This document shows, in pieces, positions 26,785 through 36,521 of a DNA stretch of 64,000 bases. A model generated the notes under the pieces. The model was not told where the DNA came from. It saw only the letters and a list, made by a program, of their open reading frames with translations, and ran no database searches. Both the position numbers and the translations under genes were made by a program. The stretch is from a bacterium (GTDB lineage Bacteria; Bdellovibrionota_B; Oligoflexia; Oligoflexales; RGVZ01): contig RGVZ01000002.1 in NCBI GenBank assembly GCA_010029825.1, forward strand, positions 1,174 to 65,173. Reading direction: 5' to 3'. Positions within the stretch are counted from its first letter, which is position 1. Each line of letters begins with the position of its first letter.

Positions 26785-26884
26785 GCTATCCCCTGACCTC
26801 AACTTCTGATTCAATTATCGGACAACTTGTCGGCAGCCTCAAGGGGTAATCAAGCAGAACCTACCGGAAAGATTAAATTCTTCC

Positions 26885-28000
26885 TCAATCTGAGGATTTG
26901 ATGGAACCGGACAAACGGACCAGAATGCCCTTGAAATCCACAGGTAACGGAGCCTCAAACTCAATCTGGATGCCGGTTACAGGATGTCGAAAGCCCAGCT
27001 TCCACGCATGAAGCATTTGCCTCGTAGCCGCTTCCTGAACCTCGCGCGGCAGGCGGCTGTCGTCACCGTAACTCGCGTCCCCCGTCACAGGCATCCCGAG
27101 ATCCCGGGCATGAACCCGGATTTGATGCGTGCGCCCGGTATACAAACGGGCACTCACCAAGGTTACACCCCCGGGGAAAGCCTGCTCGCGCCGGAAAACG
27201 GTCTTCGCGTATTTACGGCCCGGACCTTCCTCGTCCCACGAGCGGAATCGTGTCCTGTGAGCCGGGTCCCTGGCCAGCCAGCTTTCGCGGACCACGGACT
27301 CCACTGGCATCGGGCCACTGCACAATACGAGATATTGACGGAAATTGGTCTTGTCATGGAATTGAGCGGCCAGGTCACGATGAGCCTCGGCGGTCTTGGC
27401 CACGACCATGACCCCGCTGGTGTCCCGGTCCAACCGGTGCACAATCCCGGGGCGAAGCGCCGCCAGGTTCTGCTGGTTGGGACCTGTTCCGGCCTCAGGA
27501 ACCTCATCGGTCTCATCGTCGCTTGCCGCGTCACCTCGATTGTCGTCTGATGGCCCGGGCTGCGGCAGGGAACCACAGTGGTGCAACAAAGCATGGACAA
27601 GCGTCGTCTCGCCTTGTGTCCCCGCCCCGGGATGAACGGTCACCCCGGCTGGCTTGTTCACCACGACGACGGAGTCGTCTTCAAAAAGGATGTCGAGGGG
27701 CGTATCGAGGGGGCGGGGTTCAAGCGACATCTCCCGCGACGGCAGCAGGTCCATCGCGACGCCAAGTTGCTCCCCGCCATTCAGGGAGAGGCTGGCCTTG
27801 GCCGGCTTGCCGTTGACCGTGACGCCTCCCGATGCAATCAGCTCCTGAATGCGCGATCGACTCAGCTCTGGCAACGCCTGCGCCAGAAAACGATCAAGGC
27901 GGACTTTGCCGCCAAATGCGATCAAGTCCGCCTTGTCGATGGTCCAAAGGCGGGACGCGATTCCCGCCGTTCCTTCTACCGCTTCTTCGCGCTTTGCCAA
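26885..28000 (-). CDS. rluD: RluA-family 23S rRNA pseudouridine synthase (RluD-like)
   Basis: It has an S4-like N-terminus (RLDRFLAQALPELSRSRIQELIASGGVTVNGK) and the catalytic motif HRLDRDTSGVMVVAKT. The apparent start is TTG, overlapping the upstream gene by 25 nt. Confidence 0.88.
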   Translation of the reverse strand: MAKREEAVEGTAGIASRLWTIDKADLIAFGGKVRLDRFLAQALPELSRSRIQELIASGGVTVNGKPAKASLSLNGGEQLGVAMDLLPSREMSLEPRPLDTPLDILFEDDSVVVVNKPAGVTVHPGAGTQGETTLVHALLHHCGSLPQPGPSDDNRGDAASDDETDEVPEAGTGPNQQNLAALRPGIVHRLDRDTSGVMVVAKTAEAHRDLAAQFHDKTNFRQYLVLCSGPMPVESVVRESWLARDPAHRTRFRSWDEEGPGRKYAKTVFRREQAFPGGVTLVSARLYTGRTHQIRVHARDLGMPVTGDASYGDDSRLPREVQEAATRQMLHAWKLGFRHPVTGIQIEFEAPLPVDFKGILVRLSGSIKSSD

Positions 28001-28731
28001 GCCTCGAGCCTCGCTGAGAATGCTTTCACCATCGGCTCGAAGTTGTCGATCCCGAGGTAGCGGAAGTAACTCCGCAAGAAACCCTTGACGTACACGACCT
28101 GAGGCAGGCGGTCAAACCGGTTCGACTCAATGGAACGCAGATACTCGAGCGATATCTTGGTGCGCTCCTGCATCTCGTCCTCACTCACGCCAAGGGACTC
28201 TCGAACCCTGCGGAAGAGCTCACCGTCCCCAAGGTCGCCCTCGGCGACCAATCCGTCAACCGCGCCCTGGGCGCTGGCATCCTTCGATCCTTCGCAGACC
28301 GTCTTGATCACGGCCAAGGTCGAGCGACTGGTTGTGATCACTTGAGTCCCACGGGGGACATCCCATCCACCGGCAAATTCGGAGGACGTCTCATTCAGGG
28401 ACTCGGCGCCCCGGCGGCCGGTCAGCTGGCGGTCGTATTCAGCGCGGGAGGTATCGTCATTCAATACCCGGAAGGCTTTCTCAATGAGTTCCAACTGGGC
28501 GCGTACGTCATCCTCACCCATCAGCGAGTACAAGGCGTTGTTGTCACCGTTGAGCGTATTCTTCAGGCGCAAATAAGCCTCGCGCACCGCGAGCTTTGTC
28601 GCGCCAAACGGCAGATTCAGGATCTGATAGTGATTCTGGGGCTGGCCGGTTTCCTGGCCAGATGATTGCGCGACAACGAAGCCATTCAGCGACGTGGACG
28701 GGATGCGCGAACTTCCGAAATCATGTTCCAT
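27976..28731 (-). CDS. J-like domain (no HPD) protein with a C-terminal RodZ-type HTH
   Basis: The N-terminal part resembles a J domain (HYQILNLPFGATKLAVREAYLRLKNTLNGDNN...SRAEYDRQL) but LNGDNN replaces HPD. The C-terminus (LFRRVRESLGVSEDEMQERTKISLEYLRSIESNRFDRLPQVVYVKGFLRSYFRYLGI) matches the RodZ/HTH_25 pattern. Confidence 0.7.
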   Translation of the reverse strand: MEHDFGSSRIPSTSLNGFVVAQSSGQETGQPQNHYQILNLPFGATKLAVREAYLRLKNTLNGDNNALYSLMGEDDVRAQLELIEKAFRVLNDDTSRAEYDRQLTGRRGAESLNETSSEFAGGWDVPRGTQVITTSRSTLAVIKTVCEGSKDASAQGAVDGLVAEGDLGDGELFRRVRESLGVSEDEMQERTKISLEYLRSIESNRFDRLPQVVYVKGFLRSYFRYLGIDNFEPMVKAFSARLEAWQSAKKR

Positions 28732-28754
28732 GTCAACCTCCAGTACAGGGCAGA

Positions 28755-29846
28755 TCAGAGCCCGAACAGATTCAGGGACCTGGTTGCGATATCATTGAGC
28801 CGATGCGAAAGGATCGCCTGAGGAAAATCAATAGTAAGCAATCGCCGGTTGCGCAAGCTCTTCCACGCAACATCGTCGAAATTCAAATACCCGAGGAACT
28901 GGGACTGGAAACCGAAGTACCTGGTCCCGATCAGTTCCATGGAGTTGCCGACATTGACGTCATTTTGGGCGCGCGCCTGGTTGATCACGATCCCGACTTT
29001 GCGCCCGGCCAGCGCCGCAAATAAATACTTAATAAAATCAGGATCTTGATCCGAAAATGCCCGGATCCGCTCGGCATAGCCTCGGGACTGGAATCCCTGA
29101 CTGTCTGACGCGGTCAGGGCGGCCTTCACCATCTGTGACGAGCGAGCCCTGCGGGTGTGACCGCCAACATGGTCCATGAGACGCCACAGCGCCGTTTTCA
29201 GGAACATGTAGGAGTTCTCGATGGATGTCGGCTCCGGCAGGGCCGTCACGATCCCCAGATGAGCGCTCAGGAACATGTCGATCGTGTGAAACTGGCTGCC
29301 GGCACCAAGGTCGAGGATGACCACGTCCGCCCCGAACCGCACCCGCGCGCCCACAATCGCGTCAAAAACCCGGCCGAGCGCGCCCTGGTCCACGATCCCC
29401 TCGGCGCTCCACGATTCGCTGCGGGCTCCCGGGATCATCGCGCAACCCTGCACAGGCGTCTGGATCAGGATGTCATCGAGCCGCTTTTGGCCTGCGACCA
29501 CCACGTCCGTCAGGGTCGCGCCCCGCGGATCGACACCGAAATAGGTGTGAAGGTTGGCGCCACCAAAATCCAGGTCAAAGCAAACAACCTTGAGCCCCAT
29601 CCGGGCGAATTTGGCGGCGAGGTTCGCGCTCAGCAGGCTCTTTCCAACCCCGCCCTTGCCGCCTCCGACGGCAATGACAAGAGGCACTTCCGGTGGCAGG
29701 TCGGACAGGGAGCGGGAAGGGAACAGCGGCGTACCGAGCTGCCATTCGGCCCGGCGCAGGTTGGCCTGGACATGCGGGGACACGAGCCCTGCCTGCGGAG
29801 AGCGGAACCCTGTCGGCCGCGCAGAGGATGTTGAAAGTCGATCCAT
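28755..29846 (-). CDS. ParA/MinD-family P-loop ATPase with a ~60-aa N-terminal extension
   Basis: 363-aa ORF with the deviant Walker A motif VIAVGGGKGGVGKS and Walker B VVILDLGAG. Confidence 0.85.
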   Translation of the reverse strand: MDRLSTSSARPTGFRSPQAGLVSPHVQANLRRAEWQLGTPLFPSRSLSDLPPEVPLVIAVGGGKGGVGKSLLSANLAAKFARMGLKVVCFDLDFGGANLHTYFGVDPRGATLTDVVVAGQKRLDDILIQTPVQGCAMIPGARSESWSAEGIVDQGALGRVFDAIVGARVRFGADVVILDLGAGSQFHTIDMFLSAHLGIVTALPEPTSIENSYMFLKTALWRLMDHVGGHTRRARSSQMVKAALTASDSQGFQSRGYAERIRAFSDQDPDFIKYLFAALAGRKVGIVINQARAQNDVNVGNSMELIGTRYFGFQSQFLGYLNFDDVAWKSLRNRRLLTIDFPQAILSHRLNDIATRSLNLFGL

Positions 29847-29896
29847 GACTTTGCGGTTCCTCTAAAAAACATTTTTTCGATGACAAAACGATAACA

Positions 29897-31828
29897 CTAA
29901 AGCCGCAGGAACGAAACTTCCCCCTCGACCTCGAAGGCAAGTCCGTCGGGCAACTCGCGGCGCAGGATTGTCCGGCCACTGATGACCGGCGTGCGTCCGA
30001 TGCGCCCCAGATAGAGGACCATCTCCAGGCTGGTTCCCGCGTCCAGTTCCGGTGGCAGTTCGTTGAAACCGCGGGTTCTCGCGTCAATGTCAACGGGCGC
30101 CGGGACGCGAACGCCGAGCCCCTGGGCGTCCAGTTGCGCGGGCGTCAATTTGACGCGCAGCGCTCCAGAACGGGCATCAAGCCACGCGCACAGGGAATCG
30201 CTGTTCCCGCATGCCGCGCTGGACTCGAGAAGAGGCCCTTGCAGTGGTTCCCTGTCCCTGGACAAGGCGAGGGCCAGTTCCATCGGCGCCCCGGTCGCGG
30301 ACCGGCGTCCACCCCCGTTCGCGGTCATCCGCAAAACAACTTCGGGCCAGAACGCCTGCGCGATCCCGGGTTGGACACTCGCGGCCATCGTGCGTACCGC
30401 TTGCTCCGAAAATTCGCGGTCAACCACGGACTGACGATCGCGCAATTGCGAAAGCAGCGATTTCGCCTCTTCCAGTTGATGGCGCGACGCGCGCATGGCG
30501 GCACTGAAATCACCTGGCATCAGTCCCAGGATCATTTCCAGCCATGGATGCGACTCGGCGACATCGATCATTTCCGACCACGGCAGGGTCATGGACGACC
30601 CGTTCCACATGAAATCGCTGGCCGAATTGAAATTCACGAAATCACGCCTGCCGAGCGACGCGAACGCGGCATGCGCCTCGCGTTCCGCGACAAAAGCCGG
30701 ATCACTGGTTACCGCGCGCGGAAAAAAAGCCAATGACGGGTTGAGGCTCGACTGGGATCTCGGATTCTCCTCGACATGGTCGACCACGGCACGAGGCGTG
30801 GCTGTTTCAAGGCCGCTTCGCCCGGGACTGCGATCCGGGACAAAGAGTTCGCGCAGGGATTCCTCGTCGGGATCGCCATCAAAACGCGAGAATGTCTTCT
30901 TGCGCGCTTTTTTCATGCCCAGGACCGAGGCCCGCGCGTCTCCCGACCGGTCCGGTGAGGTGAGCGCGGAGCGCAAGAGACCTTTGCCAAGGTATTGATG
31001 GATCCGCGCGCTTTTCTCGTTGCTGTAACGCGAGTGGAACGCGTAGGTCTTGAGCACGCCGTCGTGCCAGAAGCAATCAAACCACGCCCCTGCCGCGATC
31101 GACGCCTGGTCCCGTGACACCTGGCAATGATGCCCCTCAAAATAGCCGCGCGCGACGTACCATGATTCGCAGGGCCCGAAGGGGGCCGGACGCCTCTCGA
31201 AAGTTGTCGCGATCATCTGCGGGGCAGTCGCGAACTCCCACAACTTCGCGTCGCAATAGCGCTGAAAAACAGTCCTTGCGTGATCCGCGCCGCCACCTGG
31301 TTCGACAACTCCCGAGCGCTCAAGAAACGCCAACCGGGTGTCCCACCAGGTCGCGGCCGCGGCCAGCTGGATCTCACGCGTTCCGGGAAGGGATTGAACT
31401 TCGCGCCGCAACTGGCGCACGTGGCCGTTGAGGTTGTCCACGCGTTGCTGCGCGTCGTGAATGTCGTGGAATTTCGTCTCATAATACTCCGCCCAAACAC
31501 GCCGCAACTCAGCCACTTCGCCGGTCATCCGGGCAATGGCCGTGCCGCTCGCGGCCGGATCCCACGCCAGCATCGTGCCGCTGAACTGGATTTGGGCGCG
31601 CGGCGCCAGGCCGAGGTCATTGTCGAATCCCCGCCACAAATCGAGTAACGCCCCGGGGGAGACGGCGGCCCCGGCATCGGTGGCATCACCGGTCGGGACC
31701 AGGTGACTGGCCGGCCCGGTTCCGCGCAATTTGACAGAAGTATCATGCGGCAAAGCGCCACAACCGTTGAGGGACAGGCAACAAGTCACCGCGATGAGAA
31801 CTCTGGACCGGAGTGTGATTCGCGTCAT
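29897..31828 (-). CDS. Large lipoprotein (hypothetical, ~640 aa)
   Basis: ATG 31828 gives MTRITLRSRVLIAVTCCLSLNGC, a signal peptide with lipobox. A GAGGGA SD overlaps the stop of the upstream beta-barrel gene. No known domain is recognised by eye. Confidence 0.7.
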   Translation of the reverse strand: MTRITLRSRVLIAVTCCLSLNGCGALPHDTSVKLRGTGPASHLVPTGDATDAGAAVSPGALLDLWRGFDNDLGLAPRAQIQFSGTMLAWDPAASGTAIARMTGEVAELRRVWAEYYETKFHDIHDAQQRVDNLNGHVRQLRREVQSLPGTREIQLAAAATWWDTRLAFLERSGVVEPGGGADHARTVFQRYCDAKLWEFATAPQMIATTFERRPAPFGPCESWYVARGYFEGHHCQVSRDQASIAAGAWFDCFWHDGVLKTYAFHSRYSNEKSARIHQYLGKGLLRSALTSPDRSGDARASVLGMKKARKKTFSRFDGDPDEESLRELFVPDRSPGRSGLETATPRAVVDHVEENPRSQSSLNPSLAFFPRAVTSDPAFVAEREAHAAFASLGRRDFVNFNSASDFMWNGSSMTLPWSEMIDVAESHPWLEMILGLMPGDFSAAMRASRHQLEEAKSLLSQLRDRQSVVDREFSEQAVRTMAASVQPGIAQAFWPEVVLRMTANGGGRRSATGAPMELALALSRDREPLQGPLLESSAACGNSDSLCAWLDARSGALRVKLTPAQLDAQGLGVRVPAPVDIDARTRGFNELPPELDAGTSLEMVLYLGRIGRTPVISGRTILRRELPDGLAFEVEGEVSFLRL

Positions 31829-31836
31829 GAGGTCCC

Positions 31837-33072
31837 TCAAAAGAAAAGGCTGGCCGACATCTCGTAGAGATCTGATTCCATGGAATTGCGACTGGCGACC
31901 TGGCGCGCCACGGCGACACTGATTTCAGCGGGCGCCACATATTCCCCGCGGAAATACCCTTCAACCGTGCTGAATCCGGCGGCCAGTTCCCCAATGTGAA
32001 CCAGCTGGTCCGAATGCGTCTCAAGCGCGTCAATGCGCTGGCCTTCGTTGTCCTGCCAGCGGTCCCGCCACTTCCTGTTCATCTGCCAGCCGACAGAGGC
32101 CGTGACACCCGAGGGATGCGCCCATGCCATGCCGAGCGCCGCATCGATACGGTCTCCAGGCTTGAACGTTGCCAACGTTGTTCCATCCTCGAGGTCCTCG
32201 GGCTCAAGTCCACGGAATACCTCGCGTTGGCCCGGCATCTGGTGTGTGTACTTGAGGGACTGCGATACCGAGAATCCGCGGACGAGGACCTGCTCAAACG
32301 TGGCCTGGGAGAACAAGTCCGTCTGACCATCGCCAAACGGGACGTCATTCATGACGCGGGCCTGGTCGGGACGTCCGGTGGGCAACACCGTCCCAAGGGT
32401 CGTGGCGAGGGAAGCCGGACCCGACTCCCAGGCGCGCCACTTGGCGGCGACCGTTGTGTCCCCCCAACCTGAATCACGCCAGTCCGTCAGGGGCTCTACC
32501 CCGTGACTGGCAAGTTCGCGATTCAGCTCCGCGGTCGCCGAATCGAGTTTTTCCTGAAGTTCCAGCGCGGCCTCGTGCTGGTTGTTCGCGGGATCCGAGA
32601 GCAGAGCCAGAAAGCGCGCGGCTGTATCCGAGCGGGTGAACCCAACGGCGATCGTGGAACGCGCGGACATGAACGGCGCGCCCATCGCGAGCGTCAACTT
32701 GTCCGAAACGCCGTACGCCAGGACCGGAGCCGTGGCGCGAACGCTCGCCTTGGCGCTCGCCGAGAATCGCCCCAGGGAATCCGTTCGTTCAAGTTCGTTC
32801 GCGAGCATGAATCCCTCGACCTTGGCCGCGCGCGTCGGAGATATCGCGGCCTGGTTGCGCAGGACATCATTGAACGTCAGGTCACGCTCCAGCGGGGCGG
32901 CGAGGCCTTCACTGCCCCCCGCGGCGTTGGACTTCGTCGCGACGTCCGTGGCGATTGAACGCAGGTTGAGGTTGAATCGTCCCCGCGGCAGGGTTTTGGT
33001 GTGCTCGTATGCCAGCGCCGGCAGGGCGCTGCAGAGGAGCGGCACCGTGATCAGGCAACGGATGTTTTTCAT
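31837..33072 (-). CDS. Outer-membrane beta-barrel protein (hypothetical)
   Basis: 411-aa ORF with a signal peptide (LLCSALPALA/YE), alternating-hydrophobicity strands and a C-terminal aromatic residue (...MSASLFF). Its ATG overlaps the upstream stop (ATGA). Confidence 0.75.
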   Translation of the reverse strand: MKNIRCLITVPLLCSALPALAYEHTKTLPRGRFNLNLRSIATDVATKSNAAGGSEGLAAPLERDLTFNDVLRNQAAISPTRAAKVEGFMLANELERTDSLGRFSASAKASVRATAPVLAYGVSDKLTLAMGAPFMSARSTIAVGFTRSDTAARFLALLSDPANNQHEAALELQEKLDSATAELNRELASHGVEPLTDWRDSGWGDTTVAAKWRAWESGPASLATTLGTVLPTGRPDQARVMNDVPFGDGQTDLFSQATFEQVLVRGFSVSQSLKYTHQMPGQREVFRGLEPEDLEDGTTLATFKPGDRIDAALGMAWAHPSGVTASVGWQMNRKWRDRWQDNEGQRIDALETHSDQLVHIGELAAGFSTVEGYFRGEYVAPAEISVAVARQVASRNSMESDLYEMSASLFF

Positions 33073-34004
33073 AGGCGGCCGAGCGTCTCACGCATCTTGC
33101 CGACCTCGGCGAGGGTCTCAGGCTCGATGCCCGGCGGCAATTCACCGTCGGCGGCAAGCTCCTCGATCTCAGCGATGGATTGCTCCAGCAATGCGCGGGC
33201 TTCCGCGCGCCGGCCAGCCCGGATCAGGATCTCCGCCTTGCCGCGGTAATTCGAGTACATTTCCGCGCCGGAATATTCCTCACCCGGATAGTTCGGGCTG
33301 GCGATCGCGAGATCGATCAATTCAATCGCCTTGTCGACGGATGGCAACGCCGGATGAACCATGTTCGACATCGGGTCCGCGGCAATGCCAGCGATGGTCC
33401 GGTAAATCCCGCCGCCCTGCATCCTCGGATCGGCGTCCAGATCCGGCCGCAGGTTCATGTCGCTGGTCACGAAAGTGTTGAAATACTGCTTGAAATAACT
33501 TCCGATGCCAATCAGCTGCAGAGGCGTTGCCGACTCAACCCAGAGCGCGGAGCACATGATCTTGATGTAGTGATAGACGTCAGCCGCCTCGGGGACACCC
33601 GCGATCCGCTCGATCACTTCGCGGCACTCGCCAAAAATGGGATTGCGCTCGGACTTGTTGTCATCACGGAGCAGCAATTCACCCTCGAAAACATCCAGCG
33701 AAGCGATGCGGTGGACCACATGGACGAGGTCCGTTCCCTTCGCGTCCTTGAGGAGTTTTCTCCACGCGGCGAGCGCCTGATGGACGGTTTCGCGTCCTTC
33801 CCCGCGGCGCTGGTACAGTTCCTCGGCGGAAGCCAGGTCACTGGCGGGAACAGGACCAGGACGGGGATTCGCCAGGACCTCGCCGGCAAACGAAGCGATC
33901 AGCGCGACCGCGATGAATGACCTGAGGAATGACCTGAGGAATGACGCGCCTGATGATGAGGACGATGTGAATGATGAGGTAAAACGGGACAGCCTGAGAA
34001 CCAT
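33069..34004 (-). CDS. Secreted all-alpha/TPR-like protein (hypothetical)
   Basis: ATG 34004 follows a GGGGAG SD. It has an unusual Ser-rich N-region then a signal-like helix (FIAVALIASFAGEVLA). Its helical C-terminus (YSNYRGKAEILIRAGRRAEARALLEQSI) is TPR-like. Confidence 0.65.
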   Translation of the reverse strand: MVLRLSRFTSSFTSSSSSGASFLRSFLRSFIAVALIASFAGEVLANPRPGPVPASDLASAEELYQRRGEGRETVHQALAAWRKLLKDAKGTDLVHVVHRIASLDVFEGELLLRDDNKSERNPIFGECREVIERIAGVPEAADVYHYIKIMCSALWVESATPLQLIGIGSYFKQYFNTFVTSDMNLRPDLDADPRMQGGGIYRTIAGIAADPMSNMVHPALPSVDKAIELIDLAIASPNYPGEEYSGAEMYSNYRGKAEILIRAGRRAEARALLEQSIAEIEELAADGELPPGIEPETLAEVGKMRETLGRL

Positions 34005-34101
34005 AGGAATCTCCCCGGACGGCGGCTGGGAAAAAATTGAAAAACGACTTTTTCTTAAGGCTAAACGAAGATTTGCCCCGCGACAAGAGCGACAAAACAA
34101 C

Positions 34102-35025
34102 TCAGGCCTTTCCCATCTTCTCCAGAACCAGCCGGTAAAGATCCTTGCGACCCATTCCAGCCGCGGCAGAGCGCGGACCGAGTTCCTGGAGAATGTCCTT
34201 CAACGACGCGCCCTTCCGCAGCATGCGGGTGACTTCCCGCGCGGTGTCAATCGATTGCCCGGCACTCTCGACCGTCGCGGATCGCACATCGATCATGACC
34301 GAGGCCTCGCCACGCATGTTCTCATGTGCGGCAGCCCATGCCGCGGCGTCCTCGATGGTTCCCCTGAAAATCTCCTCGTGGAGTTTGGTCAACTCGCGCC
34401 CCACGGCGACGCGCGCGCCGGGCAGGTCTTTGGCGACTGCCGCAAGTGTCTTGCCCAGGCGTCGCGTGGATTCAAAGAAAACGACCGAGGCGCTCGCCGC
34501 GATCCAACCCTGGACTTCCTCGTGCAGGGCCTTTGGCTTTGTCGGCGGGAAACCCGTAAAGAGCAACCGGTCCGTCGGCAACCCGGCGGCGGACGCCAAC
34601 GCGAGAAGGGCCGATGGCCCGGGGACCGGATGCACGGTGATCCCCGCGTCCCGCGCGGCGGCAACCAGCCTGAATCCTGGATCCGAGATGCATGGAGTCC
34701 CGGCGTCGGAAACCAGCGCGAGGACCTCGCCACGCTCAACAATCCGTCCGATCAATCGCGTGGCCTGCTGTTCCTCGTTGTGGTCGTGACAGGCAACAAG
34801 GTCGGGGGATCCCATCGCGATCCCGCGCGTGCCCTGCGTCTGCTGCAAATGCGTCAACAACTTGCGGGTCTGGCGCGTGTCTTCCGCGGCAATGACATCA
34901 GCCGAGGCCAGCGTCCGGATCGCGCGCTCGCTCAAGTCAGAGAGATTTCCGATCGGCGTCGCGACCACGAACACGACGGGACCGCGCGCAGGCGAGGCCG
35001 TGTCTGGCGGTGAATTTTTTTTCAT
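34102..35025 (-). CDS. rsmI: 16S rRNA (cytidine1402-2'-O)-methyltransferase
   Basis: Motifs are VVATPIGNLSDLSERA and AEDTRQTRKLL, within a tetrapyrrole-methylase fold. ATG 35025 follows a GGAGGG SD; the longer ORF to 35136 is judged an extension. Confidence 0.9.
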   Translation of the reverse strand: MKKNSPPDTASPARGPVVFVVATPIGNLSDLSERAIRTLASADVIAAEDTRQTRKLLTHLQQTQGTRGIAMGSPDLVACHDHNEEQQATRLIGRIVERGEVLALVSDAGTPCISDPGFRLVAAARDAGITVHPVPGPSALLALASAAGLPTDRLLFTGFPPTKPKALHEEVQGWIAASASVVFFESTRRLGKTLAAVAKDLPGARVAVGRELTKLHEEIFRGTIEDAAAWAAAHENMRGEASVMIDVRSATVESAGQSIDTAREVTRMLRKGASLKDILQELGPRSAAAGMGRKDLYRLVLEKMGKA

Positions 35026-35160
35026 GATCCCTCCGGCAACGCAACGATCCGTCATTACGATCAACGGGTACGGCTTGAGGCTAGCATCTGGCTCGCGCTT
35101 TGCAAACTGGGGCCAGACGCGGAAGTCCGCGGGCAAAAAACATCAGGAAAGGAACCAAAG

Positions 35161-36288
35161 ATGCGAATGTCCAACCACAACAAGTCATTCTGGATGAAAA
35201 GCGGCGCGACGGTGATCGCGATCGCTTCAGGCAGCGCCCTCGTCGCGGCAGGCCATGAGTCGAGTCTTGATTACGGACGCATCAACGCGAGCATCGCCAG
35301 CGCCATCGATCCGGTCGTCCGGGGCAGCTCCGTCATCGAGAGCGCGGTCGTCACCATCGACGGTTCGGTTACCGACTTCGACAAGGACACATACAAGATC
35401 AACAAGTCGATGGTCCTCAAGAAGGCTCCGTGGTCAGCAAAGCCGGTCGAGGCGAACCTGTCCATGACGGCCATGATGAAGCGCAACGAGAACCCGGAAA
35501 AAGGCAAGATCGAATCAAAGTTCGACCTGTCGCTCAAAAGCGACACGATGGCGTTGTTGAAATTCATGCAGCACAAGAAAGTGAAGCGGTGCCAGGAACG
35601 CGCGGAGACCGGCGTGAAGGGCATTTTCCAGAAGCACGAATGCGGACTCGCCGCGGACATCCTGAAAGCGACGACGCTGGCGGAAGTTGCCGGGCTCGTC
35701 AAAGGGCATGTGAAGGGCGAGCGTGAAGACCTTGAGGCGTTCGCGGCGCAATCACAACCGGCGATCGAGAGCGTGCAGAGCGCCATGCTGCGTCAAGAAG
35801 GAGCCAAGATTCTGGACAAGGCACGTCGCAAACTGCACTACCTGGAATCCATCAAGGTCGAGGAACGTGGAGAGGGATTCACGCTCTCGGCTGATTACGC
35901 TCCCTCGCGTCACCCGGGATGCAAGATCAAGCATCTCGAGATGGTACTGGACCCGGAGTCCAGCTCGGTCAAGCTCGACGCGTCAAAGCGCCTGGCGACC
36001 ATGAAGTACGACGCGCTCAAGCCTGAGATTGTCCATATGTTCAAGGGACTTGAGGAAGGCCGGGAATTCGCCGTCGAGCACATCGCATCCCATGCTCGCG
36101 TCGGTGACCGGCTGATCTCATCCATGGTGAAGATGGCAGCCGAAGCGGTCCAGAGCGCTGGCCAGGAATCAGGTCACGAATCAGGTCAGGAAGGCGGTCA
36201 AGAAGCCGGCGAGCAAGGCGGCCAGCACGACATGCCGCTGCAGTTGATCGAACTGGTCAGCGGCAGCCAGCAAATGGGCCAGTTCTGA
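35161..36288 (+). CDS. Secreted hypothetical protein with a Gly/Gln/Glu-rich C-terminal repeat
   Basis: 375-aa ORF with an N-terminal signal-like helix (GATVIAIASGSALVAAG) and a QESGHESGQEGGQEAGEQGGQ tail. It is followed by a clear terminator. Confidence 0.65.
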   Translation: MRMSNHNKSFWMKSGATVIAIASGSALVAAGHESSLDYGRINASIASAIDPVVRGSSVIESAVVTIDGSVTDFDKDTYKINKSMVLKKAPWSAKPVEANLSMTAMMKRNENPEKGKIESKFDLSLKSDTMALLKFMQHKKVKRCQERAETGVKGIFQKHECGLAADILKATTLAEVAGLVKGHVKGEREDLEAFAAQSQPAIESVQSAMLRQEGAKILDKARRKLHYLESIKVEERGEGFTLSADYAPSRHPGCKIKHLEMVLDPESSSVKLDASKRLATMKYDALKPEIVHMFKGLEEGREFAVEHIASHARVGDRLISSMVKMAAEAVQSAGQESGHESGQEGGQEAGEQGGQHDMPLQLIELVSGSQQMGQF

Positions 36289-36306
36289 GTTCGCGGCCTC
36301 TTTTTT

Positions 36307-36332
36307 AACCTGCCTTCGGGCAGGTTTTTTGT
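36307..36332 (+). terminator. Rho-independent terminator
   Basis: AACCTGCC (36307-36314), loop TTCG, GGCAGGTT (36319-36326), running into a T tract. Confidence 0.8.
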
Positions 36333-36344
36333 TATGATGAAAGC

Positions 36345-36521
36345 GTCCACGGATGCGGCTGTCGATGTGCAGGAGAACCGATAAAGACACATAGGGAGCC
36401 AGACCCTTCGCCGGTGTGCAAGCCCCCCGCTTCGCGCGTTAGGGGGAAGCCTGAAGGAGAAGTCGATGGCACCCACCTTAACTTGGTGGGTTCCCCTAGC
36501 CTCGGCGGCCGTTCCGTGGAC
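36345..36521. ncRNA. Candidate structured RNA (~180 nt, family and strand unknown)
   Basis: Long-range complementarity is present: 36345-36353 GTCCACGGA pairs with 36513-36521 TCCGTGGAC, and 36357-36365 GGCTGTCGA pairs with 36502-36510 TCGGCGGCC (two G-U pairs). Internal hairpins lie at 36471-36491 and 36424-36446. It sits in the largest non-coding gap of the window. Confidence 0.25.
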
